Assembly: GCF_001194135.2 (NCBI RefSeq)
Contig: NC_068983.1
Coordinates: forward strand, 95,283,570 to 95,324,734
Origin: Octopus bimaculoides
Lineage: Eukaryota
Direction of reading: 5' to 3'
Length of the DNA: 41,165 nucleotides
Below, one piece after another: positions 1 through 10,079 of this stretch (the stretch's first letter is position 1; every line of letters starts with the position of its first letter). The notes beneath the pieces were generated by a model, which searched no databases, was not told where the DNA came from, and saw only the letters and a list, made by a program, of their open reading frames with translations. Made by a program: the position numbers and the translations under genes.

Positions 1-87
1 ATACGAACTCATACATTTTGTTTATTCGTTTGTCCTGTATTGTACCCATCTTTGTATTCGAGCCATAGTGATCATAATAAAAATTTA
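1..87 (+). mobile_element. Possible 3' end of a retroelement
   Basis: T-rich tract ending in AATAAAAA, loosely similar to the Tx1 3' end at 13555-13632 and to the GTCCTGTA motif of the 31 kb and 37 kb repeats. Confidence 0.25.
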
Positions 88-88
88 T

Positions 89-169
89 CAGCTAGCCGGT
101 CATGCTACTTCAGGCTGATGACGAGCAAAGACTCAGAAACATGTCCCTGAATGCAAGCTGGGCTCGCTG
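89..169 (+). ncRNA. Minimal type I hammerhead ribozyme with extended stem I
   Basis: TTCAGG(109-114) CTGATGA(115-121) cGAG-caaaga-CTCa GAAA(136-139) CATG TC(144-145) CCTGAA(146-151). Stem I has 6 perfect pairs and extends imperfectly to CAGC(89-92)/GCTG(166-169). Stem III is the palindrome ACATGT. The triplet is GUC. Confidence 0.75.
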
Positions 170-573
170 GAGGAGTTTGTCTCCCCTTCGTAAGGATAAG
201 GGCACAGAAAGTGTGTCAAGGCCTAATAGGAAGCGGTCTGGCTTCTTAGGGCTAAACAGCCGTAGTATATTCCCTTATTGGGACTGTCACGTTAAGTTGG
301 CAGTATACAACTACTTTATATATATATATATTAATCTATCTATTTAATTATCTGCTCCGTTGCAAGTTTTAAGAGGTTTCAAAATATACGTAAAGCATAA
401 CACTACAATAACAGTAACAACAACATATCAGATTAAAGGTGGAGACACTTCAAAGAACGTTGCGCAGTTATTGTTTAACTCAAGGTCAATCCTGATCGAG
501 AAAACTTGTGAATTATAAGCATTTTTTCTTATGTGCATCTAAGATATCGTTATCTGCTTTGAAAACTCCAAGG

Positions 574-640
574 CAGTAGTTACCAACCTTTTTTGCACAA
601 TGCAACGATATTATGTAAGGCAATTTTTCCACAGACTGAA
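574..640 (+). mobile_element. Degenerate hAT/Charlie (MER1-like) end
   Basis: CAGTAGTTACCAACCTTTTTTGCAC...GCAATTTTTCCACAGAC resembles the MER1-type terminus as I recall it. The other end was not found. Confidence 0.3.
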
Positions 641-759
641 TAGAGAGGGAGTGCGGGGGTAGGTGGAATGTCATGCGCATAATAAAGCAAAATAAATTCC
701 ATAATATATAATTTAGTTATTACATTTATAATACATATTGAGTTCAAATTTGACACAAT

Positions 760-835
760 TTGGCCAGCAATTTCAGGTGCAATTTACATCCACCCCAGTG
801 GTCAACTGATACTTATTTTATCGACTTATTTTGTC
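760..835 (-). mobile_element. Degraded SINE (family B) tail fragment
   Basis: GGCCAGCAATTT...CCCAGTGGTCAACTGATACTTATTTTATCGAC matches the tail of the copy at 25709-25929. Confidence 0.45.
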
Positions 836-839
836 GAAA

Positions 840-1082
840 GGCAGCTCGAAAAACTCACTCTGGTCGCCCTGATAAGAAAAGAAATCTTGAATCTGTTGCT
901 GAGATTTAGGCCATGATTTAGGCCATGATTGACAACGATCCGTCCAAGTCAATCAGGTCCATTGCCAGAGACATGGGACTGTCTGAGTTTCTTATCATTA
1001 AGCCATTCGGTTTTCCTCATACAAGATGAGAAAGGGCCAATTTTTATCCCAAGCCATCAAGGACAAGAGGAAAGACTGCGCT
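840..1082 (+). pseudogene. Tc1/mariner (maT/DD37D-like) transposase, middle fragment
   Basis: Reads AARKTHSGRPDKKR..EI*AMIDNDPSKSIRSIARDMGLSEFLI..YKMRKGQFLSQAIKDKRKDCA (second HTH region), with stops, a deletion and a 12-bp tandem duplication GATTTAGGCCAT. Confidence 0.7.
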
Positions 1083-1368
1083 TCGTAATCCCCATTAGAC
1101 TCGTCCAATTCCGAATCCTCTGCACTGTTCTCAGATTGACAACCAAACACTCTAAAATGTTCGCACTGGAGCTTCCGGCGCGAATTACAAGTAGTACAGC
1201 ATGTTGTTTCCAGATTTCTGGCAGAGTGAATTGCGTCATAGTGCTGTTTTTCTCACAGACGATGCCTAACTGACCCTATTATACTGAGTAGTCGACAAAA
1301 TCAAAACCCAACAATGTGCATATGTGAAATTAAAAATATAAAATGGCGACAATTTACCCATCGCACAT
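1080..1368 (-). pseudogene. Same transposase, N-terminal fragment and 5' region, opposite orientation
   Basis: MTQFTLPEIWKQHAVLLVIRAGSSSANILECLVVNLRTVQRIR then (frameshift) ELDESNGDYE; a first-HTH region. It runs into the N gap at 1369. Confidence 0.7.
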
Positions 1369-1742
1369 NNNNNNNNNNNNNNNNNNNNNNNNNNNNNNNN
1401 NNNNNNNNNNNNNNNNNNNNNNNNNNNNNNNNNNNNNNNNNNNNNNNNNNNNNNNNNNNNNNNNNNNNNNNNNNNNNNNNNNNNNNNNNNNNNNNNNNNN
1501 NNNNNNNNNNNNNNNNNNNNNNNNNNNNNNNNNNNNNNNNNNNNNNNNNNNNNNNNNNNNNNNNNNNNNNNNNNNNNNNNNNNNNNNNNNNNNNNNNNNN
1601 NNNNNNNNNNNNNNNNNNNNNNNNNNNNNNNNNNNNNNNNNNNNNNNNNNNNNNNNNNNNNNNNNNNNNNNNNNNNNNNNNNNNNNNNNNNNNNNNNGAC
1701 CTTCCTTTATGTTGTTCTGTCAATTACAACCCAAATACTCGC

Positions 1743-1744
<2 letters not shown>

Positions 1745-1788
<44 letters not shown>

Positions 1789-2448
1789 ATAAAATTCTTA
1801 CAATTTCGCATGCGCACATCCACTCGTGCACATAACGTATATATTCGCAAATACCTACACATACACGCAATTACAAATGCACAAGCACACACGGACACAT
1901 TCACTGCCACACACAGAGACAGTCTCACATGCATACGCACACATACGTGTACACTTATATTCACTCCTACACTTAATGATACTATCATATACATACACAC
2001 TTAAACTCAGTCACACACAAACACACCACACACGTACAAACACGCTTCCACTTATACAGACATTCTTATCCACCTATAGCTTCACATATACACACTTCCA
2101 CACAAACGTATACATAAACTGATTCACATACACACACACACACACGCACACACACATACACACAAACACACACACACATTTACAGTTCCATGTATTCAGA
2201 CTCTATCATATATCTCCACGTATATACATTCCCACACACACAAACGGAGGAGCTCAAACACGCACACACACACACATATACACACACGCATACAAATGCA
2301 CATACACACATACACACAGACACTCACACATGCGCGTGCACACAATTTCACACATTTACATATTTCAACACTACCACATACACCTTCACAGTTACACCCA
2401 TACACAGACACTAGATGCTTTCGCACACATACCCACAAACATGCATAG

Positions 2449-2509
<61 letters not shown>

Positions 2510-2542
2510 CACACCCTCAGAAAACCCATAAAGTCTCACACA

Positions 2543-2572
<30 letters not shown>
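1745..2572. repeat. (CA)n-rich degenerate microsatellite field plus (AG)n
   Basis: Pure (CA)n at about 1745-1786 and 2452-2507, (AG)n at 2546-2572, cryptic CA-rich sequence in between. Confidence 0.95.
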
Positions 2573-2578
<6 letters not shown>

Positions 2579-2957
2579 GATGGAAGAGAAGGAGGAAAAC
2601 GAAGAAGAATGAGTTAGAGATTGATGAACATTTAATCGTTAAGCACCTCATGAACTGTCAACCAGTTACATAAATAGGTCGTGTGATTACTGTGTAAGAT
2701 GGCCTGTAGAGATAATAGACGGATTATCTGGCATCGTACATTAGTTGGAGAGGGAGGATTAGTGTGGTTTAGAGATTACCCGCTCACAATAGCTACAAAC
2801 ATTTGACATAGCGTACTAACGAGGGGTACCTCAACGCGGTTGGTCTATCTGCTAGAAATAGCAATTAGAAATCGGTTAAGATGCAGTTTAGTGTTGTTAA
2901 AAGTGAAAGTAAATTGCAATAGAAACCGGAAGTAACGTAACGGCCGTGAAATCCCAT

Positions 2958-3082
2958 TGTTTCATTCTATTAAAACAATGTTTCATTCTATTAAAACAAT
3001 GTTTCATTCTATTAAAACAATGTTTCATTCTATTAAAACAATGTTTCATTCTATTAAAACAATGTTTCATTCTATTAAAACA
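2958..3082. repeat. 21-bp minisatellite, 6 copies
   Basis: Unit TGTTTCATTCTATTAAAACAA, exact except the last base of copy 6. Confidence 0.97.
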
Positions 3083-3107
3083 TAACATTAAAACAATGCA
3101 TAGAACG

Positions 3108-3517
3108 TATCTTTTATCTTTTAACTGTTTCAGTCATTTGACTGTGGTCATGCTGGGGCACCGCTTTCAAGGGGTTTTCGTCGAACAAACCGACCCCGGG
3201 ACATTTTTAAGCCAAGTACTTATTCTGTCGGTTCTTTTGCCGAACCACTAAGTTACGGTGGTATAAAGACATCAACACCGGTTGTCAGGCGGTGGTGAGG
3301 GGACTAACACATACAAAGACACATGCATATAGATATATACATACATATATATATATATATATGGGCTTCTTCCAGTCTCTGTCTACCAAATCCACTCACA
3401 AGGCTTTGGTCGGCACAAGGCTATAGTAGAAGACATTTACAAAAGGTGCCACGCAATCGGACTAAACCCAGAACCATGTAGTTAGGAAGGAAACTTCGTA
3501 CGATACAACCACACCTA
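3108..3517 (-). mobile_element. tRNA-derived SINE, family A
   Basis: Aligns end to end with copies at 14341, 16131 and 23980: tRNA-like head, internal microsatellite, conserved tail ...GCATGACC.CAGTCAAATGACTGAAACAG. Confidence 0.9.
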
Positions 3518-3819
3518 GCGTCTGCACGGTCTCAGCCTATTTTGCTACCTATGTTCATACAAATACGATGCAAATAAAGCAACTCCTGTACAGCATTGTA
3601 ACCTGAATTTCTTGGCATGCATCCATCACTCTTCGACAGACTGTGTATGGATATGCTCATCGCTGGACCAATACAATTCAAAGAATCATTCAGAACTTTA
3701 CAACTGTACATGTTGCCAAGACTGACGTACGGAGCTTACATGTCAGATTTCAAACGCTTCTCTGGGATCTTTCTGGTTTTTGTCACTGTTTACAATTATC
3801 GTTAAAAAATTTTTTTAAT

Positions 3820-4640
3820 GTATCATATAGATGTAATTTTTGACGCTGAATCGGAATTTGTTATTCGTTTGTTCCAGAAAAATCTTGCAAAAGTGTTACA
3901 GGTGTTCAAAGTTTGATAATTTTCAGAATTTTCAACCAATCAGAAAACAGCACATTCGCTGCCTCTTCCATCATCAGAGTAGGGGAAAATCGGCATGCCA
4001 AAACGTTAAACTAGCTACAGTAAACAGTGGAAAACATGAAAACATTCGCGAGCAAATTAAATATTTAAAAGCTACGAACAAACCAAGAAGAGTTGCTAGA
4101 AATAACAGTCAAAACATTGCTTAAAACAGTCATTTATTTGTTAAAAACCTCAAGAATAAAAGTTTGTATTACATTCTAGGATTTTAAAAAATATATTACC
4201 TTTCTCATATCTCCTTCTCCACATAAATCCACAAAGATAAGAGTCAACCATGGAACGGTGTGTCCCACACCAGCGTTTGTTTCCACGCTTTAAAGATGTC
4301 CGGGTACTCTCAATTTGTTGATTACACTCAATTTGGTGGTTACACTCCTTGTGCGCATGCGCAGCATCTTTGGTTACTATGGAAACAGAATTCTTCGCAA
4401 TCAGCTATGCAATACGTGGTGCTTCTTTGCTTTGGTTACTAAGGAAACAGAGTTTTTCGCCAGGGTGATGTGTAAAATATGCGCTTCTGATTGGCTAAAA
4501 TACCCAAAGTTTGCAAATTTTAAAGGCTAATAAGTTTTTAATTATGGATTTATAGGAAAAATGAATTTCATTTTCGTAATTAGTATCCAAAACTTAATCC
4601 ATGAATCAAATTTGAAAACAATTGGAGCAAAATTGTAAAC
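3820..4640. mobile_element. Unclassified non-coding element, possibly a DNA-transposon derivative
   Basis: Inverted CCAATCAGAA(3936)/TTCTGATTGG(4485) motifs and short internal duplications. No clear TIRs or TSD. Confidence 0.25.
4352..4494. promoter_or_regulatory. Cluster of NRF1-, RFX X-box- and NF-Y-type motifs
   Basis: TGCGCATGCGCA 4352-4363; GTTACTATGGAAAC 4373-4386; GTTACTAAGGAAAC 4435-4448; ATTGG 4490-4494. Motif matches only. Confidence 0.4.
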
Positions 4641-5890
4641 ACTGGTGTTGCTGGATATATTACATTGCAGCGGGGTGCTTCAGCTGCTATTTCAGAAATG
4701 CTCATGCTGTCACAAGAAGATATTAGGTGTCACTGTAAGGTTTGAGAAAAAAAGGCCGGTAAATAAGGCTTACCACATCATCCGCATCAACAGTCATAGC
4801 AGGATTTGTGATAGAGTCACAACACAGTCAACAGTTACTATTATTACAGTCAACAGTTACTATGATTACTAAACAAGTGAATTGATGAGGCCAGAAAAAC
4901 AGCAATGGGTAACATGAGCGAAAGCAAAACCAGCTTCATGAAACTAATGTTGAGTGTCATTCTGTATCTATTTGTTGAGGGACTGAAAGGACTGTCCTAG
5001 CGGTCAAAGTCATAGCCTGTAGAGACATACATGCATGCATACATACATACATACATAATACATACATACTGAAAAGCAGACAAACAGACAGATGGACACA
5101 CTGGCATAAACATAGTCACCGAAGCGATCAGTCCGATATTTGAGCGTATGTCATTACCGTGTAGACGAAGGCAACATATGGGCTAGTTGAGCTACAGGAT
5201 GCTGGTTAAAATTACATATCAATATTTCTATATAAGTATCTACACAGTAACGTACATATATAAGCATACATACACAAACTAGCCGCGCAACGCTCCTGAC
5301 ATAAAGTTACGACCGTGTTTTATGGTCATAACTCCATATGTCCTCTTTGATACAATCGCAGAACCGGGTCAAAATTGAAAGGAAAGAAAATCCATGTCGT
5401 GAACATACCCTGAATATGCCCTTTACTGATCAACCCTTCCTCTTGCCATCAACTTATATTCCTTTAGAATTGTACTATTTCCGTGATGTCCAACACATTA
5501 AAGGGATATGGCGTACACCGACACTGCCCTCCCGCATCATAGGTCGAAAGGGATGCCCTTCAGCAGTTTTGCTCTCGCAGTAATGGCTTCAGGGACAGTA
5601 CATACAGAAGAGGTGATTAAAGATCGAGCTCACGACATGAAACAGTTCCGAGAGGCGGAAGTTTAATCTGATCACCTGGAAGGTGTGTGAATCGCTGCGA
5701 TCTAGCTTTTATAATCAGATCCTATGCCAACCGCTTTCAGGAGGGCCACCAAGTAGTGATGGCCGACTCCTATCGAAAGCTTTCGAACGATCGAAATTGA
5801 TCCGAGTCACATTGAAGCCAGATTTAATCCTCATCCACTCCATGATATACTACATGAGGTGGGGTTTGTCGTAGATGGATCCCAAAGGGA

Positions 5891-5926
5891 TTGCGCAGGC
5901 TTGCGCAGGCTTGCGCAGGCTTGCGC
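5891..5926. repeat. 10-bp tandem repeat, 3.6 copies
   Basis: Unit TTGCGCAGGC, exact. Confidence 0.95.
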
Positions 5927-7787
5927 TTCTCCAATAAAACTATCGACAAGTGCCAATCTTTTTGCTAAGAGTTTGGCCAAAATTATGGTTTGTGTAACTG
6001 ACTAATTTGAATTAAGGGCATCCTTCAATATTTCTATCAACTACTCTAACAACTGAACCGGTCTGAACGACATACATATTAATAAAAAATAAAACAAGAA
6101 AAAAAACTCTTGATTCTTCCAACAGTTTGCCATTCTTAGTCACTTTCCTTGCCTTCTTTATCTTCACGAAGTAGATGGGGTTATGGCCGTTGGATAAGGT
6201 CCCTTCGATGTTTCCGGAATTGCGCCCGGTAGTACCCTAAGAACAGCGGCTTTCAATGTTTTCTGTTCTCTAACTTTTCAAGCTCTTCTGAGTGGGAAGC
6301 ACTTAAAACAATAATTACTGGCACGTGGATGATAATTGAACGTTTTTGTAATTTGGAGGTGAGTTCATGAAGGCTTATATATCCACAGAATCCCCTTAGA
6401 CGACATATCATCTATGGATACATCAGCGCTCTGATCTATGGAAAGGTGTGTGACGCACTAACTGAGTTTGCCTCTTCGATTAGTCCTCAGTGTTAAAAGC
6501 AGCACAATTGAACCAAATGGTTTCTATGACTCGATGCAAGAGACCTCACTCCATAAATCGGTGAGGGATATCTCCAACTATCCTTTCAAGGACACAATGA
6601 GAGCCCCAGTAGGTTAAGTACTATGTAGTGGCTTCCTCATTGATTCGAGAATACCTTTGCATTAGCTCAAGGGGGTGGGATGAGGAAGAGCCTTCTCTTT
6701 GATTGAGCTTCCTCATTGGCTAGTAACACAACACTATGGATTTAGAAGGCTAAAAATTAGCGGTAAAGTTTTTATTTAGATTATATAACTGATGGCTTCT
6801 GCCATAGATTACTTCAGCTTGGTCAAGTTTTGCTGAGGTCAGCTAAAACGAGAAGACATGACGAACAAATGCTAAAAAATTACGCTATGCCTAACAATGC
6901 GAAATTTTAGTTCACTGCTGAGAGATCTATCGGTAACTCCACCCATAGTAAGGTGATCATTGCTTAAAACGGATTGGTATTAAGATGTTAATCTTTATCC
7001 TTTATTATTGGCCTGGTCAGAATAAGCAACACAACATTGTAGCGTTCATCGCATTATCTGTTTTGATGTTGAAGATGTTGAATTATTGCAGAGGCAAGAA
7101 AATGGTCAAGATATGCAACACCTAAAAGGTAGATTGTGCCAGTAGTTTCAAATAACTGTTCTGGATCGATAACACATTAATTAGATGAATCGCATAAATT
7201 TACCGTCCATGAGAGAGCTTTTACGTGATCGCCTGGACTGCCAGAAATTGCAATCAAATCTGTCTCAATATCCCCCAGACACATTAAATAATGTAGTCCT
7301 AGATACGCTATATCTGAAAAAGGAATACTCACGGCTAGAAGAGGGATAAACTGGTGCTAAACAAGTACAAAACTAGGAAGAGTCTTGCGTGAAAGCAAGA
7401 TATCTTTCTCAAACATCTTACATAACTACTTTTCATTTTAATACCGAATAAATTCAGTACTAAGCACGTCTGACTATTTCAATAATATTAATTATAAATA
7501 CTTCATCTTAATCATAAGTGCTCCATCGTTAACACTTTTTAAATTGTCTTTATTCTAATGCGTCACATAAAGTTTGTTTCCAAATTTTTCATTTCTAAAC
7601 GATCTATAATTTCTTGACAGTCTGTCAGTTCAGTCTTGCCCAATCAATTATTTTTTCTCGTATTTTAGTAAGCAAATCAAGTGTTCTTAAACACAGAAAT
7701 ACAAATCGTATTGCAGTTCTGCAAGATCATAAAGTCTTCAAGAGTTGGTTAGCACAAATTCTGTTTGTTGTTGTTGTTCCTGTTACT

Positions 7788-8012
7788 GCGACAGCTGGCA
7801 GAATCGTTAGCACGCTGGGTGAAATACTTACCGGTATTTTATCCGTCTTTACGTTCTGAGTTCAAATTCCATCGAGGTCAGCTTTGCTTTTCATCCTTTT
7901 AGGGTCGATAAATTAAGTACCAGAGAAACAATGGGGTCGATGCAATCGACTACTCATCTTCCCATAAATTTCAGCCCTTTTGCCTTTAGTAGAAGAGATT
8001 ATTATTATTATT
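7788..8012 (+). mobile_element. tRNA-derived SINE, family B
   Basis: CTGGCAGAATCGTTAGCA (A-box-like) ... GAGTTCAAATTCC (B-box-like), body homologous to 25709-25929 and 30740-30836, (TTA)n tail. Confidence 0.9.
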
Positions 8013-8630
8013 AATATTATTGTCATCTTCTTTCAATTCTGTTTCTATTTCTTGCCGAGTGTCTTCCTGACACCTAGGGCGGAGAAACGCACTGTATACA
8101 TTGGTAGGCCATTAAAATAAACACGCCGCTAGATTGTTCCTTTACAAAGTAATGTGATAGAGAAAATGGGAAAAAAGACAGAGAGAAAAAGGAAAAAATT
8201 GAAAATTGAAAAGAAGTAAACAAAGAAAAAGGTGAAAAAAGAAAGAAAATTCACAGCGACAATGCTCTCTCTTCTCAGTACGTGTGACGTACCAGTTAAG
8301 ACAATTTTTCGCACTTCCTTCATGGATGGTAAGCCAGGGATCATTCTTAAATAATTTTTAGTTCCTTTTTTGATCATTCCAAGCGCTCCTACAATCACTG
8401 GAATTGGAACCGTCCTGAGATGCCACATCTTTTCGATTTCAATTAGCAAATCTTTATATTTTCTGAGCTTATCAAATTCATTTGCCGAGATATTATGGTT
8501 ACAGGTTATGTTCATGTCAATCAATAAACTTTATTGTTTTGGTCTTTCACAGCAATATCCGGTTTATTTACTTTGATGATCCAGTCTGTACATAATGGAA
8601 AGTCCCAAAGAATAGTTATTGGATTGGTTT
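8013..8630 (-). mobile_element. 5'-truncated RLE-type non-LTR retrotransposon (R4/Dong-like), C-terminal endonuclease plus 3' UTR
   Basis: ITILWDFPLCTDWIIKVNKPDIAVKD..LIDMNITCNHNISANEFDKLRKYKDLLIEIEKMWHLRTVPIPVIVGALG..IVLTGTSHVLRR shows the PD-(D/E)xK restriction-like endonuclease pattern. It ends in (TAA)n. Confidence 0.85.
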
Positions 8631-8834
8631 ATTTCATACGTGAGTGTTGCATTGTTGGATTGTTATTGTTGGAACTCTTCTGTGTTTTGTTTTTGTTGTT
8701 GTTTAAGTTCTGCAGACTTTTTTTAACATCCCCCCCCTCGTGTGAGGGGGTAGGGTGGGAATTATTAATTTTATATTTTGTGCCATTTGTGGGAATTTTA
8801 ATTCCCAAGCCTCTGTAGAGAAAAAAAAAAACCA

Positions 8835-10079
8835 ATGGATAACATGCTTAACATGCCGTCAGGCAAGGATTTCCTAGAAGGTCGTCAACAAGAACAGCTG
8901 AACAAAGCAAATTTCGCCGCTGCAGCTGGTATATCGAAAGAAAGATTAATGTGAAACCAGTTGTATTAAACAAGCACAAAGAGATGTTTCAGAGGGAGGG
9001 TCACGAATTGAAAGCCACCCTCCCCAGTGAATTAATAGAAAACACTACAAAGAAAATAATTGTACATTTCAAAAGTGAGGGAAAAACTAGGCAACACACC
9101 ATTAAACCTATGAAACCAACCGAGGTAGTGCTGCTACCAACCTACCTAGGAAGGCGCACTTCCAAAATAACGGTGGGAGAAATCCCTCCTAAGATATACG
9201 TTAACTGGTTTTGTGCAGCACTTATCATGGGCTTAGAAGACAAAATATCAATCGTTGAAGACACTAAAATCGAGCAGCAGAACTGGAAAGGCCAGGGGCT
9301 CGAAATAGTTATTCAAGCAGCCCCCACACACCTCGAAGAAATTGCAGAGACTATCCAGATTAGAAAGGAGACCAAGTTACGTGTGATGGTCGAGGGGAGG
9401 AGGCCTCGCTGCTTTAAATGTAGCGAGAAAGGCTACGTAAAAGTAGAATGCCCCTCTCCTCCCCCATGCATCCCTCAGAACCACCAACCACAGCTGATGC
9501 AAAGGATCCACCCATACAGGAGAATACAACTCCAACAACCGAAAAAGAGGAAACCAAAAAATGATTGGGCTGCAACCCACAAAAGAAAGTACAAAAATGA
9601 AGAAACACCCCTCTAGCCTCAACACCAACAAGAGAAAATCTCTCCCTGCAGACACACACGATTCCCAGATAGTCCACCCAACCCTAACATTGACAGAAAA
9701 TAGCCAAATCTACCCCTCCCAGTCTCGAAAAAGAATCTCACCCCTCTTCCCAACAGCAGCCGAGTTCAATTTAATGGAATTAAATATCAAGAATAATTTC
9801 TTAGCAGATGAACTACAAGACATACCAACTGAAGAATTTTTCAAAGGACATTTCACCATCCTACCAGAGGGAATTCAAATTTATTCCATAGATAGGATAA
9901 ATTATAATATGTTGTTCTCCCGATTCCCCAACAACATAGACCCTCTCAGAAAGGACTTCTGTACGTCTATGTACGAGGGCCTAACCAAAAGAATCCCCGC
10001 AAGACGGACGATATTGAGAAGGGATTATAATCCCTTCTCCTGCAAAAGCAAGCCTTTTTTATGGATACACTCACTGTAG
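8835..10079 (+). pseudogene. LINE ORF1 (gag-like)
   Basis: MDNMLNMP.. from 8835, frameshifts near 8950 and 9615, degenerate CCHC knuckle RPRCFKCSEKGYVKVECP (H to Y), Pro-rich linker, further C-terminal segment. Confidence 0.75.

Noticed and set aside
2958-3082. Possible CRISPR array
   Set aside because: Units are contiguous with no spacers, and the DNA is eukaryotic.
6200-6350. Possible third RLE C-terminus on the minus strand (VPVII..KAAVL..GTT)
   Set aside because: Similarity is too weak and needs several frameshifts.
7043-7128. Possible plus-strand exon VHRIICFDVEDVELLQRQENGQDMQHLK
   Set aside because: Weak acceptor, no recognisable homology, no partner exon.
8629-8835. Minus ORF of 68 aa between the R4-like and Tx1 elements, with palindrome TGGGAATT-TT-AATTCCCA
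   Set aside because: Low-complexity Asn/Lys sequence; more likely Tx1 5' UTR or degraded flank, and cannot be assigned.
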